A model generated the notes under the pieces. The model saw nothing but the letters and a program-made list of their open reading frames with translations. It was not told the DNA's origin and searched no databases. A stretch of 33,968 nucleotides of DNA from a virus, in the IMG/VR virus record IMGVR_UViG_3300034375_008105. One strand, given 5' to 3'. Below, piece by piece: positions 8,992 to 16,479 of this stretch. The translations under genes were made by a program, and so were the position numbers. The first letter of the stretch is position 1. The number at the start of each line of letters is the position of its first letter.

Positions 8992-9001
8992 TCCAATTTT
9001 T

Positions 9002-10480
9002 TTAAAGGCTGAACGGGTCATATTGCTCCTCCGAGTGCTGAACAAATCGTCTCTCTTGCGTCCGCTGTTTAACCTTAGGCTTCCACATGGTCATCATTAC
9101 AGAGTCGCCCATGTTAGGCGATGATATCTGTAGCTTAGCCATATCCTGCTTGCTCATAATTTGAATCAAGCCGCCCGGATTCGGCTTAGTGGGTATACGG
9201 CACAACTCAGACCGTAGCGCCGCCATGTTCTCTATGCCCTCAGAGCTAAAGCTAATCATCTCATCAACGTCGCAATACTCGCCCTTAACGACCACCCGAT
9301 AAGTGTTATAGCAGCGATCCGCTAAGTCAGTATAGTACTGTGACCGGTTATTCTTAAACGTCTCTGCATATGTTAGCTGATCTTCGCCTGGAACATTCCT
9401 TTCTTTCAGGTAAATATCGTCCGCATTATCCTGCCCGCTACCAGAGTGCGACCCCTTGAACATATGCCACTTAACCCGCGTTCCTTCAAAGGCGTCAGCT
9501 ATCTGCCGCTTTAAGCCGGTACCCATGCCGTCACCGTCCCACAAGAACCAATCAACGCGCTGCTTATGAGACAAGTCACATGCCCAGTCGCATTTATCAT
9601 CTATCTCGCCTTCATCCTTTTCCTTCACGCATTCAATAATTGATCCGTGTCGAATAGCAAAGCCGGCTGAGTCATTACCGGAGTCGGATGGATCATGCGC
9701 AGCTACTACTGCCCCCCTTGGCTTAAATAGCGCCTTCAGGTTTGGCTTAAGGTGAGCATCAATGCAGGCATCAAACCATTCAGCCTTGATGATTGACCCG
9801 TCAACCTCGTCGTTGTACTTGCCTTCCCAGATCCAGTCATACTTAGCCCGCGGCAAGTTCTCTTTGTCCCATACACGAAGCTTTTCAGATTCTTCGCTAT
9901 GCCAGGGGTTGTCTCGCCAGTTAATAACTATGATCAGATGAAGATCATCCTCATAGATTCCGTCTCGGTCTAAGTATTTCTGATACGGAACAATAAAACG
10001 CTGGGAAAACGGGTCCGCTGATGACTGGGGGTTAGCACCAAACCAGCACTCAGCCCCAGGGTTACGCAGGATAGTAGGCAGCAGCTTATCAATACTTGCC
10101 TGACTCATCGTGTGGGCTTCTTCGAACCAGCTGTACTTGTAGCCCTGAGCAGACTGGATAGAGTCCGGGTTGCGTGCGGCCCCTTTATACTTGGTTACAG
10201 CCCCGTTAGGAGCCTGTACCCGGTCATTAGTGACTGACCAACCCTCTAGCTTAAGTCGCTCCTGTATCGAGCCTATAAACACCCGGTGCACAGAGTCAGC
10301 AATAGAGTCCTGAAACTCTCGCAAGCAATATATATCAGCGGCCTCTGTGGCCATCTTCATAGTGAGCATGTCACCAAAGCCAATAGACTTGCCTGAAGAT
10401 CGACCACCGATAGCGACTTTGATCTGTTTGCGAGTCGTTAAGAACTTCTCTAGCTTACGATTTACTTTCAGGTGTGGCAT
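9002..10480 (-). CDS. terL: Terminase large subunit, 492 aa.
   Basis: Walker A motif GGRSSGKS near the N-terminus, size, and position after the small subunit. Confidence 0.9.
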   Translation of the reverse strand: MPHLKVNRKLEKFLTTRKQIKVAIGGRSSGKSIGFGDMLTMKMATEAADIYCLREFQDSIADSVHRVFIGSIQERLKLEGWSVTNDRVQAPNGAVTKYKGAARNPDSIQSAQGYKYSWFEEAHTMSQASIDKLLPTILRNPGAECWFGANPQSSADPFSQRFIVPYQKYLDRDGIYEDDLHLIIVINWRDNPWHSEESEKLRVWDKENLPRAKYDWIWEGKYNDEVDGSIIKAEWFDACIDAHLKPNLKALFKPRGAVVAAHDPSDSGNDSAGFAIRHGSIIECVKEKDEGEIDDKCDWACDLSHKQRVDWFLWDGDGMGTGLKRQIADAFEGTRVKWHMFKGSHSGSGQDNADDIYLKERNVPGEDQLTYAETFKNNRSQYYTDLADRCYNTYRVVVKGEYCDVDEMISFSSEGIENMAALRSELCRIPTKPNPGGLIQIMSKQDMAKLQISSPNMGDSVMMTMWKPKVKQRTQERRFVQHSEEQYDPFSL

Positions 10481-10844
10481 TTACAAACTCTACCTTCCAG
10501 TTGCTGTCTATATCGTCAGGCTTATCACTATGGTCAATCGTCTCCTGCTTATCAGACCACCCATGCCGGTTCTTCATGTTCATATACCAGCCGGTGTAAC
10601 TAAAGTCCTTGTTCTCGAGATTCTTCCTGCCTTTTCTTTCCCACCAAGCCCTTGACAAAGCCTCTCCGCGCTTTATGGCTTCGGAAAACTCTGGATTAAC
10701 TTCAGGCTTTTGCCACTCACAAAGAGTATCAATATGGATATCAAGCTCTGCGGCTACCTCGTATTTAGAAGCACCATCTTTCATTAGCTCTAATACTACA
10801 TCGCACATTTCTGGCTCGTATTTTGTAGGTCTTCCGCCCGGCAT
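10455..10844 (-). CDS. terS: Terminase small subunit (129 aa from the ATG at 10844).
   Basis: MPGGRPTKYEPEMCDVVLELMKDGASKYEVAAELDI is a typical TerS N-terminal HTH. AAGGAG lies 7 nt upstream of this ATG. Confidence 0.8.
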   Translation of the reverse strand: MPGGRPTKYEPEMCDVVLELMKDGASKYEVAAELDIHIDTLCEWQKPEVNPEFSEAIKRGEALSRAWWERKGRKNLENKDFSYTGWYMNMKNRHGWSDKQETIDHSDKPDDIDSNWKVEFVNATPESKS

Positions 10845-10845
10845 A

Positions 10846-11127
10846 CTAAGACTCCTTAATATCAAGCACTACTGGCGCGGCCTTAGAATGCTTGTTGTCG
10901 TATATGTCGGTATTTACTTCCTTGCATTGGACAGCCTTAATCGCCTCTATGAAAACCAGAAATTCCTCAAAACTCCGTTCGCTTTGATCTTCGCTCTCTA
11001 AGAATCTCCGGTGCTCCTTTTCTACGTTAAAAATTTTTGCGGCGACATAAGCGCCTTTTATTTCATAGTCAGAATAATCACCGCCAGTAAAAACTAGCAA
11101 TTGACCTTTTGTGATGCTCTCAGCCAT
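10846..11127 (-). CDS. Hypothetical protein, 93 aa.
   Basis: ORF track. Its stop abuts the terS SD. Confidence 0.5.
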   Translation of the reverse strand: MAESITKGQLLVFTGGDYSDYEIKGAYVAAKIFNVEKEHRRFLESEDQSERSFEEFLVFIEAIKAVQCKEVNTDIYDNKHSKAAPVVLDIKES

Positions 11128-11136
11128 ATGACCCCC

Positions 11137-11391
11137 TTAGTCATTACTTTCCCCGCCTTGCCTGGCTGTCGCCTTCGCCAACCCAGCTTTAGCGCGATCA
11201 AAGGCAGCAATGCTGCATTTATTGAATTGAGCCATGCTTAAATCGTCGGCCAATACGTCCGACCACTGATAGAGCTTGCCATCAATGAGCGCGGTATTTA
11301 TAACAGCCACGCTCCCGTCTTCGCGAAGTTCCTTATATAAAACAAAGCTCTCCGCGCATCCGTTATATTCTTTTAACCTTTGATTATGCAT
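11137..11391 (-). CDS. Hypothetical protein (84 aa from the ATG at 11391).
   Basis: GGGGAA SD before MHNQRLKEY. The track start at 11457 would overlap the upstream gene by 53 nt. Confidence 0.45.
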   Translation of the reverse strand: MHNQRLKEYNGCAESFVLYKELREDGSVAVINTALIDGKLYQWSDVLADDLSMAQFNKCSIAAFDRAKAGLAKATARQGGESND

Positions 11392-11404
11392 ACTTCCCCG
11401 CTCT

Positions 11405-12079
11405 CTAGTTGCGCAAGAAGTGCTGCAACGCCCAGCCTCTAACAATACAGGTTGCATTGCCGTCCGAGCTTACCTGAAACTTCCCACCATTATTTAAGGT
11501 ATTCGCGTCACCCATATAAACCATTGAGAAACGGTTTATCTCATGAACACCCGCGTTTTTAAATACATTCTCAGAATACGGCAGGGTATATGGCGAGCCG
11601 CCAACCGCCAACTGAAGCTGGACAGTGACAAGCTGATTGGGCGACGTTGTTGTTACCTCAATATCTAGCCGGATGTTAACCTGATCTCCTAGCGACAATT
11701 CCGACCAATCAAATAGATTTGTTCCGGTGTCCCATAAGTCTGTAACCCCGGAGGCAGCATAGGTTTTATTAGTAAACGCCCCTAGTCCATCGTTTGTCAT
11801 ATCGACAAATGCGCCGGTATTAGGAATGACAATCGGAGTTGTTGCCGTTGCTAGGTCGTTATAATCAAGCAAGCCCATGCGGCATTGGTCAGCATTTATA
11901 GTGGCATTGTTAATCTTGCTTGCCACGTTCTGGTTAGTTGTTTCAACCAGGTTTAGATTGGAGTCCTTTGCAGTCTCATGGATCGTGCGCACATCCTGCG
12001 GGCTGATATCCCCGGTTGCGTTATTAGCCAGGAGAGAATCAATCTCTGTCTGTATATCCGCTCTATTCTTGGCCGCCAT
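11405..12079 (-). CDS. Putative second fibre or receptor-binding-like virion protein, 224 aa.
   Basis: N-terminal RADIQTEIDSLLANNATGDISPQDVR resembles N-termini of annotated phage fibre proteins (from memory). The C-terminal half looks beta-rich. Confidence 0.35.
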   Translation of the reverse strand: MAAKNRADIQTEIDSLLANNATGDISPQDVRTIHETAKDSNLNLVETTNQNVASKINNATINADQCRMGLLDYNDLATATTPIVIPNTGAFVDMTNDGLGAFTNKTYAASGVTDLWDTGTNLFDWSELSLGDQVNIRLDIEVTTTSPNQLVTVQLQLAVGGSPYTLPYSENVFKNAGVHEINRFSMVYMGDANTLNNGGKFQVSSDGNATCIVRGWALQHFLRN

Positions 12080-12359
12080 TTACCTCTCCTGACTGCTTAG
12101 CTTCTTTCAGCTTTATTTTGTTTAATTCTCGGGTCTGCTCAAGTATTGCCATTTCAAGCTTTGTCTTTTTTACGCTGGCCCGATAAAGCAGCCAGGGTAT
12201 TAGTATGCCAGATACCGCAGCTATAATGTTTGCATTGTCTTTAATCCATAGCGCGGCGTTTCCCATAGCGCTTAGAAACCCAACAATCTTCACACCCGCG
12301 GGGCTTAATATCGCATCCACTGCAGATTGATGCAGCCATGTCTTTAAGTCTTCGGTCAT
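12063..12359 (-). CDS. Two-transmembrane (TM) membrane protein with a basic coiled C-terminus, 98 aa, holin-like topology.
   Basis: Hydrophobic segments VKIVGFLSAMGNAALWI and IIAAVSGILIPWLLY, followed by KKTKLEMAILEQTRELNKIKLKEAK. Confidence 0.4.
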   Translation of the reverse strand: MTEDLKTWLHQSAVDAILSPAGVKIVGFLSAMGNAALWIKDNANIIAAVSGILIPWLLYRASVKKTKLEMAILEQTRELNKIKLKEAKQSGEVNGGQE

Positions 12360-12826
12360 GGCCCCACGCCTTCACGATGAAAAACGCCTTCACTGTAAGG
12401 CTGAAGGCTACCAGTAACGCCAGAAGCTCCGTCATTGTCGCGCCTTGTCATAATCAGCAACCTTATAATCAGTGCGCAATTCAATAGGAACATAGCGCCT
12501 GCGTAAAAATACCCTTTATCACCGGCATAATATAAACCTCCGCCAATGATATTAAGCACACACATTGCAACTAACAGCCAGCCGACATGCTTTATATACA
12601 GGGGCTGAAAATCCCTGAACATGAAGCCAAGCAATACAATCAATAATATGTCGGCAATTATAGCGAAAAAGTAATAAAAGCACTCGTCAAGGTACAGCCA
12701 TGCAGAAAGCTCGGCATGGATACCGAACATCATTAATATTAAACAAACAGCCTTACCCCTTCTATGCCGATTCAATAGCATAACAAGGATCAAGACCGCC
12801 GGCATAAGGTCGTTAGGATTAAGCAC
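12356..12826 (-). CDS. Polytopic membrane protein, 156 aa.
   Basis: Four to five hydrophobic stretches. Start-stop overlaps on both sides. Confidence 0.5.
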   Translation of the reverse strand: MLNPNDLMPAVLILVMLLNRHRRGKAVCLILMMFGIHAELSAWLYLDECFYYFFAIIADILLIVLLGFMFRDFQPLYIKHVGWLLVAMCVLNIIGGGLYYAGDKGYFYAGAMFLLNCALIIRLLIMTRRDNDGASGVTGSLQPYSEGVFHREGVGP

Positions 12827-12935
12827 GACGCGCCTTTGTTTTTTTCTTTGACCGAACCTGTCCGCCAGATGACAGTTTAGTGTTTTTCTTTGCCGGTCTT
12901 GCGTTGTTGGTCCGCGTGCCTTTTTGTGCCTTCAT
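12819..12935 (-). CDS. Possible 38-aa highly basic peptide (MKAQKGTRTNNARPAKKNTKLSSGGQVRSKKKTKARRA).
   Basis: ORF below the track cut-off in an otherwise empty 129-nt gap. AGGA lies 7 nt upstream. Its stop overlaps the GTG start of the next gene. Confidence 0.4.
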   Translation of the reverse strand: MKAQKGTRTNNARPAKKNTKLSSGGQVRSKKKTKARRA

Positions 12936-12955
12936 TGCTTATTCCTGGTTACTAA

Positions 12956-13150
12956 TTAGTGATTATCCAATATTAACACTTTTTGATCAGCTAGCGAATC
13001 TCTCTCGTCTAAGGAAAATTTAGAAAACTGTATGCATGCAGCAACAAAGATATCCCATTCATCGTCACTGTCTACGTTATTGATGGTTAGGTACTCCATG
13101 TTGAGAAAGTTCGGTACGTATCCCACAGCTAAATCCTGGCCTAAGTGCAA
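12956..13150 (-). CDS. Small acidic hypothetical protein. The start is uncertain: 64 aa from the TTG, or 47 aa from the internal ATG.
   Basis: ORF track only. No convincing SD. AT-rich. Confidence 0.3.
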   Translation of the reverse strand: MHLGQDLAVGYVPNFLNMEYLTINNVDSDDEWDIFVAACIQFSKFSLDERDSLADQKVLILDNH

Positions 13151-13189
13151 AGGTCAGGATTATAGTTAATTCCACAATAGATTCCGAAC

Positions 13190-14023
13190 TTAGGATACAA
13201 GGTCGCTTTGAGCCAATTCGCAGAAGATGCCACAACTGATGTCCGACTCGGCCTCATAGCTGCCTGCGTCTTTAGGCAGCTCTCGCAATGTTGGACGCCA
13301 ATACTGCTTTTCTAAGGGCTCGTCAGTTGCTATCAGGTGTCGGACTTTATCAGGATAGCGCTTTAGTGCCTGGGGCATTCCAATCTTGCACACCGTTCGA
13401 CCGAGATGCTCTTCCATCATAGCCATTCTTTCGTAGGCTTCTGGGAAATCGACACGTATCTTGTTCCAGTATCCTGCCTCACCCTTAACGCATCCGATAC
13501 AGTTGTTGTTCTTATACCCGAGCTTATACATGGCAGGTAGCTCGATGCCCTCTTTTGCCAAGAGAGCCAGGCAGTCCTGCTTAGCCAGGCCTTTGTCAAT
13601 CAAGGGAGCCCAGATATCAACATCGTTGTTGGCATCGATAAACTGATCAACACGACGCTGCTCTTCGACGGTATAGCCGAAAACCTGCCGATCACCTGGC
13701 TGTTCAAACTGCTTGCGCATACCTTTCTTCAGAAGCCTTGTGCAAGCAGCACCAGATGGGCCTTTTAGAAATCGCTCCTTGCGGAACACTTCGTAAATAG
13801 ACGCCTCGTATTTATGATTTCCGATTATCTGAATCTCTTGTCCAAACCACTTCTCGCACTCAGATAGGAACCTGGAATTGTCGGGATGCTCTTCACATAC
13901 TTCTGTGTATGCAATTACCAGCGGCAGCTTTTCATTCTTGTTGTTATGAGCAATGGCAAGCTTTGTAGCTACAGCAGATGCAGCCCCGCACGAAAACCAG
14001 CAGACAATTCTCTCATTACTCAT
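13190..14023 (-). CDS. PAPS-reductase-like protein (adenine nucleotide alpha-hydrolase superfamily), 277 aa.
   Basis: N-terminal VCWFSCGAASAV PP-loop-like motif, plus C-terminal cysteine pairs CIGC and CGIFC. Confidence 0.7.
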   Translation of the reverse strand: MSNERIVCWFSCGAASAVATKLAIAHNNKNEKLPLVIAYTEVCEEHPDNSRFLSECEKWFGQEIQIIGNHKYEASIYEVFRKERFLKGPSGAACTRLLKKGMRKQFEQPGDRQVFGYTVEEQRRVDQFIDANNDVDIWAPLIDKGLAKQDCLALLAKEGIELPAMYKLGYKNNNCIGCVKGEAGYWNKIRVDFPEAYERMAMMEEHLGRTVCKIGMPQALKRYPDKVRHLIATDEPLEKQYWRPTLRELPKDAGSYEAESDISCGIFCELAQSDLVS

Positions 14024-14283
14024 AACTCACCCCGAGCCTTGGCTAGAACGTTGTCAAGACACTCTATCGAGTCCTTAAATACTTCAGCATCGTGAGCTTC
14101 GAAAATATCACGGATAGCTTTCAGCTCATCATACATCTCAGGCGCTGCGGCTATTAGGTGGGCGTTGGCTTTGCCTTCATTGAAAACCGTAACCTTGGCC
14201 AAGCTAATACAGCAAACCGTAGACTTAACTTCGTAGCTGTCCGCGTACCATTCTCCCCCGGTAAACTTCGCTTCTTTACTCAT
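14020..14283 (-). CDS. Conserved phage hypothetical protein, 87 aa.
   Basis: GGAGAT SD. The ANAHLIAAAPEMYDEL motif is common in small phage proteins of unknown function (from memory). Confidence 0.6.
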   Translation of the reverse strand: MSKEAKFTGGEWYADSYEVKSTVCCISLAKVTVFNEGKANAHLIAAAPEMYDELKAIRDIFEAHDAEVFKDSIECLDNVLAKARGEL

Positions 14284-14593
14284 CCCTATCTCCTTATTGG
14301 TTAACTGGCCACACTACAGTCATAGATACCCTTACCGGACATCTGCGCTTTAATATGGCCTTGATCATAATCAGTAATCTTTTATCACAAACCCAATACA
14401 GTCCTAGTAGCTGGGTCATACTCTCTGCTGTGTCCGGTATAAGGTGTGTTTATCCCCTTCTACGGCTGTCAGGGGCGGTCGGTATCAAACCCGGATCACT
14501 GATTATGTTTTGCTTATAAAGTTTTGTTGTCCGCGGTAAACTTTGACCGTAAAACCGCGGGAGTGTGGAGAGATCTTAGAAAGGTTCGGACAT

Positions 14594-14687
14594 AAAAAAA
14601 GGCTGCTTAGAGTAACCCCAGAACTTGGAAGGGGCTGTTTCAGAACTGGCGTCTTAATCACCCGGACTGAAGTTACTCTAAATAGCC
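14594..14687 (-). terminator. Long composite hairpin followed by U7. Probable terminator of the leftward early operon, with internal alternative pairings.
   Basis: Minus-sense GGCUAUUUAGAGUAAC (14687-14672) pairs with GUUACUCUAAGCAGCC (14616-14601) as 10+4 bp, followed by UUUUUUU (14600-14594). Inside it, agaacugg (14699-14692) can pair with ccaguucu (14649-14642). Confidence 0.55.
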
Positions 14688-14754
14688 TTAACCAGTTCTA
14701 TCAAACAATTTTCTAAAGACGCTTCCACACGCCTACTACACAACTAATTTTAAA

Positions 14755-14940
14755 CTAATCCTCCTGCTTATCAAGCCCTTTGGCAAACCCGTTCAAGTCG
14801 TCTACCGCATTTCTAAGACGCTCAATCTCTTCATCAATACCCTTAACCCTCTCTTTATGAAATTCACGCTGCATAAATAAAGCCAAGGCTAATACAGCAG
14901 ATAAAAACGCCCAAAACTGCCAGTAACTAAACAATTCCAT
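14755..14940 (-). CDS. Small single-TM protein (61 aa from the ATG at 14940).
   Basis: AGGTGGTGA SD upstream of MELFSYWQFWAFLSAVLALALF. The track start is a GTG inside the SD. Confidence 0.5.
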   Translation of the reverse strand: MELFSYWQFWAFLSAVLALALFMQREFHKERVKGIDEEIERLRNAVDDLNGFAKGLDKQED

Positions 14941-14944
14941 ATTA

Positions 14945-15352
14945 CTACTCACCACCTTTTAGCTTATCTGTGTTGCTGGGTAGCAGTACTGTAGGGAGTT
15001 CTACTTTTGTAAATTTCGCATACTCTTCAGGGAACGCCTTCTGTAAATTCTCAACAAGGCTTTTCGCCTGATCTTCAGTAGCTCTATCAATCGCAAAATC
15101 CATGACCTTAATATAATCGTCTCTCGGCACCAGCACATAGCCCTCTGGTGGGGTGTCGTGGTTATTCTGCGCCGCTGCCAGATCGTCTTTCAGCCTGGCT
15201 ATCTCTGCGTCCTTCAGCATCAGGCTTTGCTGATCCACCGTGCTATGTGTTTCGATAGCCTCACGGACCAAGTTAATAACACCCTGGGCGTTTAGCTGGC
15301 TATCTGGTAGCGATGCCTCAAGGTCGTTTAGGTAGTCTTCTAATGCGCTCAT
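14945..15352 (-). CDS. Hypothetical acidic protein, 135 aa.
   Basis: ORF track. ATGA overlap with the upstream gene. Confidence 0.55.
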   Translation of the reverse strand: MSALEDYLNDLEASLPDSQLNAQGVINLVREAIETHSTVDQQSLMLKDAEIARLKDDLAAAQNNHDTPPEGYVLVPRDDYIKVMDFAIDRATEDQAKSLVENLQKAFPEEYAKFTKVELPTVLLPSNTDKLKGGE

Positions 15353-15540
15353 TTCCTAATCCCCATATCCATAATTAGCAGCAAACCACTTGCCGCAAAA
15401 CATACAAATCCAATATTTAATCTACGCCCACTTACCGGATATATTCCCCAGCCTATCAAGGGCGCCCCTATCATCCCCAATACTACACTCGCATATAACA
15501 TCTGCTTACTTCTTTGGTTAGTTAGGTGCCCCGGACCCAT
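15349..15540 (-). CDS. Small two-TM membrane protein (63 aa, or 50 aa from the internal ATG).
   Basis: Hydrophobic [19 protein letters not shown] and [13 protein letters not shown]. Overlaps the 3' end of the pentapeptide-repeat gene. Confidence 0.45.
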   Translation of the reverse strand: MGPGHLTNQRSKQMLYASVVLGMIGAPLIGWGIYPVSGRRLNIGFVCFAASGLLLIMDMGIRK

Positions 15541-16165
15541 CTACCAGAACCGCATCGCGCAGGTTGGCATCGCGCAGGTTGGCATCGCACAGGACGGCAC
15601 CGCGCAGGTTGGCACCCCACAGGTCGGCATCGCGCAGGTCGGCATCGCACAGGTTGGCACGGCACAGGTCGGCACCCCGCAGGTCGGCACCCCGCAGGTT
15701 GCCACCGCGCAGGTCGGCACCGCGCAGGTCGGCACCGCGCAGGGTGGCACGGCACAGGTCGGCACCCCGCAGGTTGGCACCGCGCAGGTTGGCATCGCAC
15801 AGGTTGGCATCGCACAGGTTGGCATCGCACAGGTCGGCATAGCGCAGGTTGGCACCGCGCAGGTTGGCATCGCACAGGTTGGCATCGCACAGGTCGGCAT
15901 CGCGCAGGTTGGCATAGCGCAGGTTGGCATAGCGCAGGTTGGCACCGCGCAGGTTGGCACCGCGCAGGTCGGCATCGCGCAGGTTGGCACCCCGCAGGAC
16001 GGCACCGCGCAGGTCGGCACCGCGCAGGTCGGCACCCCGCAGGTTGACACCGCGCAGGTTGACACCGCGCAGGTCGGCACCGCGCAGGTCGGCACGGCAG
16101 CCGCCGTCTTCACCGTTAAGCCACTTATTATGCAGCTCTAATACTTCTTTAATATCAATATTCAT
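15518..16165 (-). CDS. Pentapeptide-repeat protein, 215 aa: a 22-aa cap, 37 uninterrupted pentapeptides, then an 8-aa tail.
   Basis: Translation reads [R/C][G/D/Y]A[D/N]L x37, for example [23 protein letters not shown]. The N-terminal cap [22 protein letters not shown] is typical of the family. GGTGAG SD. Confidence 0.9.
   Translation of the reverse strand: MNIDIKEVLELHNKWLNGEDGGCRADLRGADLRGVNLRGVNLRGADLRGADLRGAVLRGANLRDADLRGANLRGANLRYANLRYANLRDADLCDANLCDANLRGANLRYADLCDANLCDANLCDANLRGANLRGADLCRATLRGADLRGADLRGGNLRGADLRGADLCRANLCDADLRDADLWGANLRGAVLCDANLRDANLRDAVLVDGSGAPN
15545..16099. repeat. Tandem array of 37 copies of a 15-bp unit (plus-sense consensus about cgcgcaggttggcac), coding for the pentapeptide repeats.
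   Basis: Visible periodicity in the raw sequence. All six frames are open across it, which accounts for the six overlapping ORFs in the track. Confidence 0.9.
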
Positions 16166-16269
16166 AATCTCACCAAAGATTTAGTTTAGCTGGTTGCCCC
16201 GACTGCTTTGCTGGGGCGGTATTGCGATGGCCGGTCAGCTCTTCGACGGCGGCTCTCCAACCACCGGTA

Positions 16270-16479
16270 TTAAATCTTGTTGCGCTCCAAAAACTCATCA
16301 AGCAATCCGTGATCAAACAGCATCAGCGCCATTTCAATCAGATTCTCACCGTATTGTGGAACGCCTGGCGAAGACTTCCAGCGAGTAACCGTACTTGCAT
16401 CTACACCAATCAACCGGCAAAACCGGGCATGGGTTAATCCTAGCTTGGCCCTTGCCGCCTTAAGCTGTTCGAACGTCAT
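16270..16479 (-). CDS. Small HTH DNA-binding protein, 69 aa.
   Basis: LGLTHARFCRLIGVDASTVTRWKS is an XRE/Cro-type HTH. AGGAGAG SD. Confidence 0.6.
   Translation of the reverse strand: MTFEQLKAARAKLGLTHARFCRLIGVDASTVTRWKSSPGVPQYGENLIEMALMLFDHGLLDEFLERNKI

Noticed and set aside
12241-12435. A 64-aa minus-strand ORF bridging the two membrane-protein genes.
   Set aside because: It overlaps both neighbouring genes out of frame, and those genes are themselves start-stop coupled (ATGA-type junction at 12356-12359).
14288-14416. A 42-codon minus-strand ORF (MTQLLGLYWVCDKRLL...) inside the non-coding region, ending just before the next gene's SD.
   Set aside because: Its only purine-rich stretch (AGAGAG) sits 1 nt from the ATG, and the composition is not protein-like. 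I treated the region as non-coding, but ribosome profiling could revise this.
14575-14600. A tRNA-like T-arm string (aGGTTCGgAc) in the large non-coding region.
   Set aside because: No acceptor stem, anticodon arm or cloverleaf can be built around it on either strand.
15545-16099. A regular short-period repeat array that could be mistaken for a CRISPR array.
   Set aside because: The repeats are contiguous 15-bp units with no unique spacers, and the array is a coding sequence.
15522-16184. Five additional long ORFs overlapping the pentapeptide-repeat gene (15522..15890 -, 15526..16047 +, 15541..16113 -, 15564..15842 +, 15939..16184 +).
   Set aside because: They arise because a 15-bp unit (a multiple of 3) without stop triplets keeps every frame open. 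Only the 15518..16165 frame has a non-repetitive N-terminal cap, an SD sequence, operon-consistent orientation and a known protein-family pattern.
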